Shown here: positions 62,329 to 64,000 of the stretch, one piece after another | Layout of the letters: the number at the start of each line of letters is the position of its first letter | How positions within the stretch are numbered: the first letter of the stretch is position 1 | Source: Podarcis gaigeae | Lineage: Eukaryota | DNA length: 64,000 nt | Reading direction: 5' to 3' (one strand) | NCBI GenBank assembly: GCA_964106915.2 | Contig: OZ066923.1 | Notes under the pieces: generated by a model | Databases searched by the model: none | What the model saw: the letters and a program-made list of their open reading frames with translations, nothing else | What the model was told of the DNA's origin: nothing | Position numbers and translations under genes: made by a program

Positions 62329-63966
62329 TTAAAAACCTAAGCAGTATACATGAAAAACAACATAAAACAATTATTTGTTGTTACCAGGAGTTCACCACTC
62401 ATTATCACTGCACTCTTATAATGTAATTATAACAGTTGCATAAGTATATGTGTGTTAATGGCACTTTTTAAGTTTAAATGGTGGAATCAGTTTTCACACT
62501 TTACATAGTGTAGTGTTGCTAACCCCAATGATTTATGGGCAATTATAGTGTTTTATTGGGAAAAGAGGTCTCAAAAAGGCATGAATTTTATTTTGTTTTG
62601 TTTCACTTGCAAATGGTCTCACGCTTGATAATTTCTACCATGTATTTTCTTTTAATAACTTTCCCGGAGCATATCTAACCATGATAACAAATTGATACAA
62701 CTTTTTTTCTATTGAAAGAGGTTTAAACTATTTCAAAAGCAATGTGGAATATGGCATAGTTCACAGTTAAGCCATTCTTTCGCTACCAGTCTGTGTTTTC
62801 ATATTGATATGACAACCAAAAAATAATCAAATGAGACACACAGCCTATTGCTGCTGCAAACAAAAAGGGAAAGATGTTGTCTTACGCTAGTAAATAAAAT
62901 GGCATTTATTAAATGAATCAAAAACTCAAGGTATAACATTCATTTTAAAGAACAATTTTGTTAACACTGTAACCATAAATGACACGTTTGTGAGGATGCA
63001 CTGAAGGCAAACCTTGTTTTTGCACCCTGGTCTTAAAACAAATTTATTTGGAAGTGGGTTCCAATGATTGCAAACAGAACTTACTCACAAGCAGGGTGTT
63101 CAGAGCAAGAATCTTTAATTCATTTATTTTTCAAATGGCTTGCACATGCACCAGCAGAAATATTTGTGGAGGTTATTATGGAGCCCAACACAACCAAAAA
63201 TCCAAAAGCAATCTTAATTCTCAAGAAAAATGTGTTTAAGAGCAGGACTTGCTAATTAAGAAGAAAGAAATGCATTCAGCAGCAAGCACACACACAAGCA
63301 AATAAACAAAACAAACAAAAACAAACAAAAATGACTTACTATGTACTGTGAAAGCTTACTTATAAAGGAGAGAGGGCTTGGGGGACTCCCTTTCCATAAC
63401 ACAATTTCAGAAGAGGTCACCATAAAGAGAAATAAAATGAATGCATTTATGAGTTTCACTGACTCCATAATGACAACCATATCATCATACAGCCATATTT
63501 ATTCTAAATGTGGCTGGCCCTGCCTTTTTAAAAAAGCATGCAGTGACTAAACTAAAAATACAAATCATACTGCTCTAAGTTAGGGCTGAAAAACTGGCAG
63601 CTCGAGTGAAATCTTGGGTGATGGTGGTGGGGCTTGGCTCAAGGCCCCCCACAAAATGGAAGGCTAGCAGCTAAGCATTTAAGACCTACAGTCCCCTAGG
63701 TGTTTCTGAACTCCAGCTCCCCACAGCCCCTCAACCACCACTGATGGTCATGGAGAATAAGAATTGTAGTGCAGGAACACTTGGAGGGTTCACCAGTTCT
63801 CATGTAACGTGTAGGCCTTCTCAAAAGGCCTAACTATCTAAGGCGCTACTGAATCATCTTGATAAAATAGTGTTCATGGTGTAAAAGTTTGAGAATAAAG
63901 CTTGTCAATACTCAAATGGGCATGCCTTCTAAAGAGCTTAAGGATATCTAATAATGAATCAAGATA

Positions 63967-64000
63967 CAGTCGTACCTTGGAAGTCGAATGGAATCCATTC
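63967..64000. mobile_element. Left end of a Tc1/mariner (Tigger-like) element running off the window
   Basis: TA + cagtcgtaccttggaagtcgaa terminus. Confidence 0.6.

Overview
This is vertebrate genomic DNA from a squamate reptile, most likely a lacertid lizard, judged from the abundant Sauria/Squam1-type SINEs. Two protein-coding genes lie on the minus strand in the conserved C2CD5-to-ST8SIA1 order. The first is coding exon 1 of ST8SIA1 (GD3 synthase, 8327-8562) in a CpG island, with intron 1 running off the left edge. The second is the 3' portion of C2CD5/KIAA0528: 17 coding exons that I spliced by hand from 59920 down to the stop at 25745, with a candidate poly(A) signal at 24450. The rest is introns and intergenic DNA full of mobile elements: 10 Sauria SINEs, hAT and Tc1/mariner MITEs, a TIR DNA element, solo LTRs, CR1/L2/MIR fragments and a piggyBac fossil. 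Three observations stand out. (1) At 18763-23488 a SINE is split by a solo LTR, which itself holds a near-intact L2 LINE and an inverted Penelope-like repeat carrying a minimal hammerhead ribozyme. (2) Two uORFs are chained to the ST8SIA1 start codon by consecutive AUGA stop-start overlaps. (3) C2CD5 has several candidate alternative-splicing units. All identifications come from manual translation and recalled homology; no database search was run.
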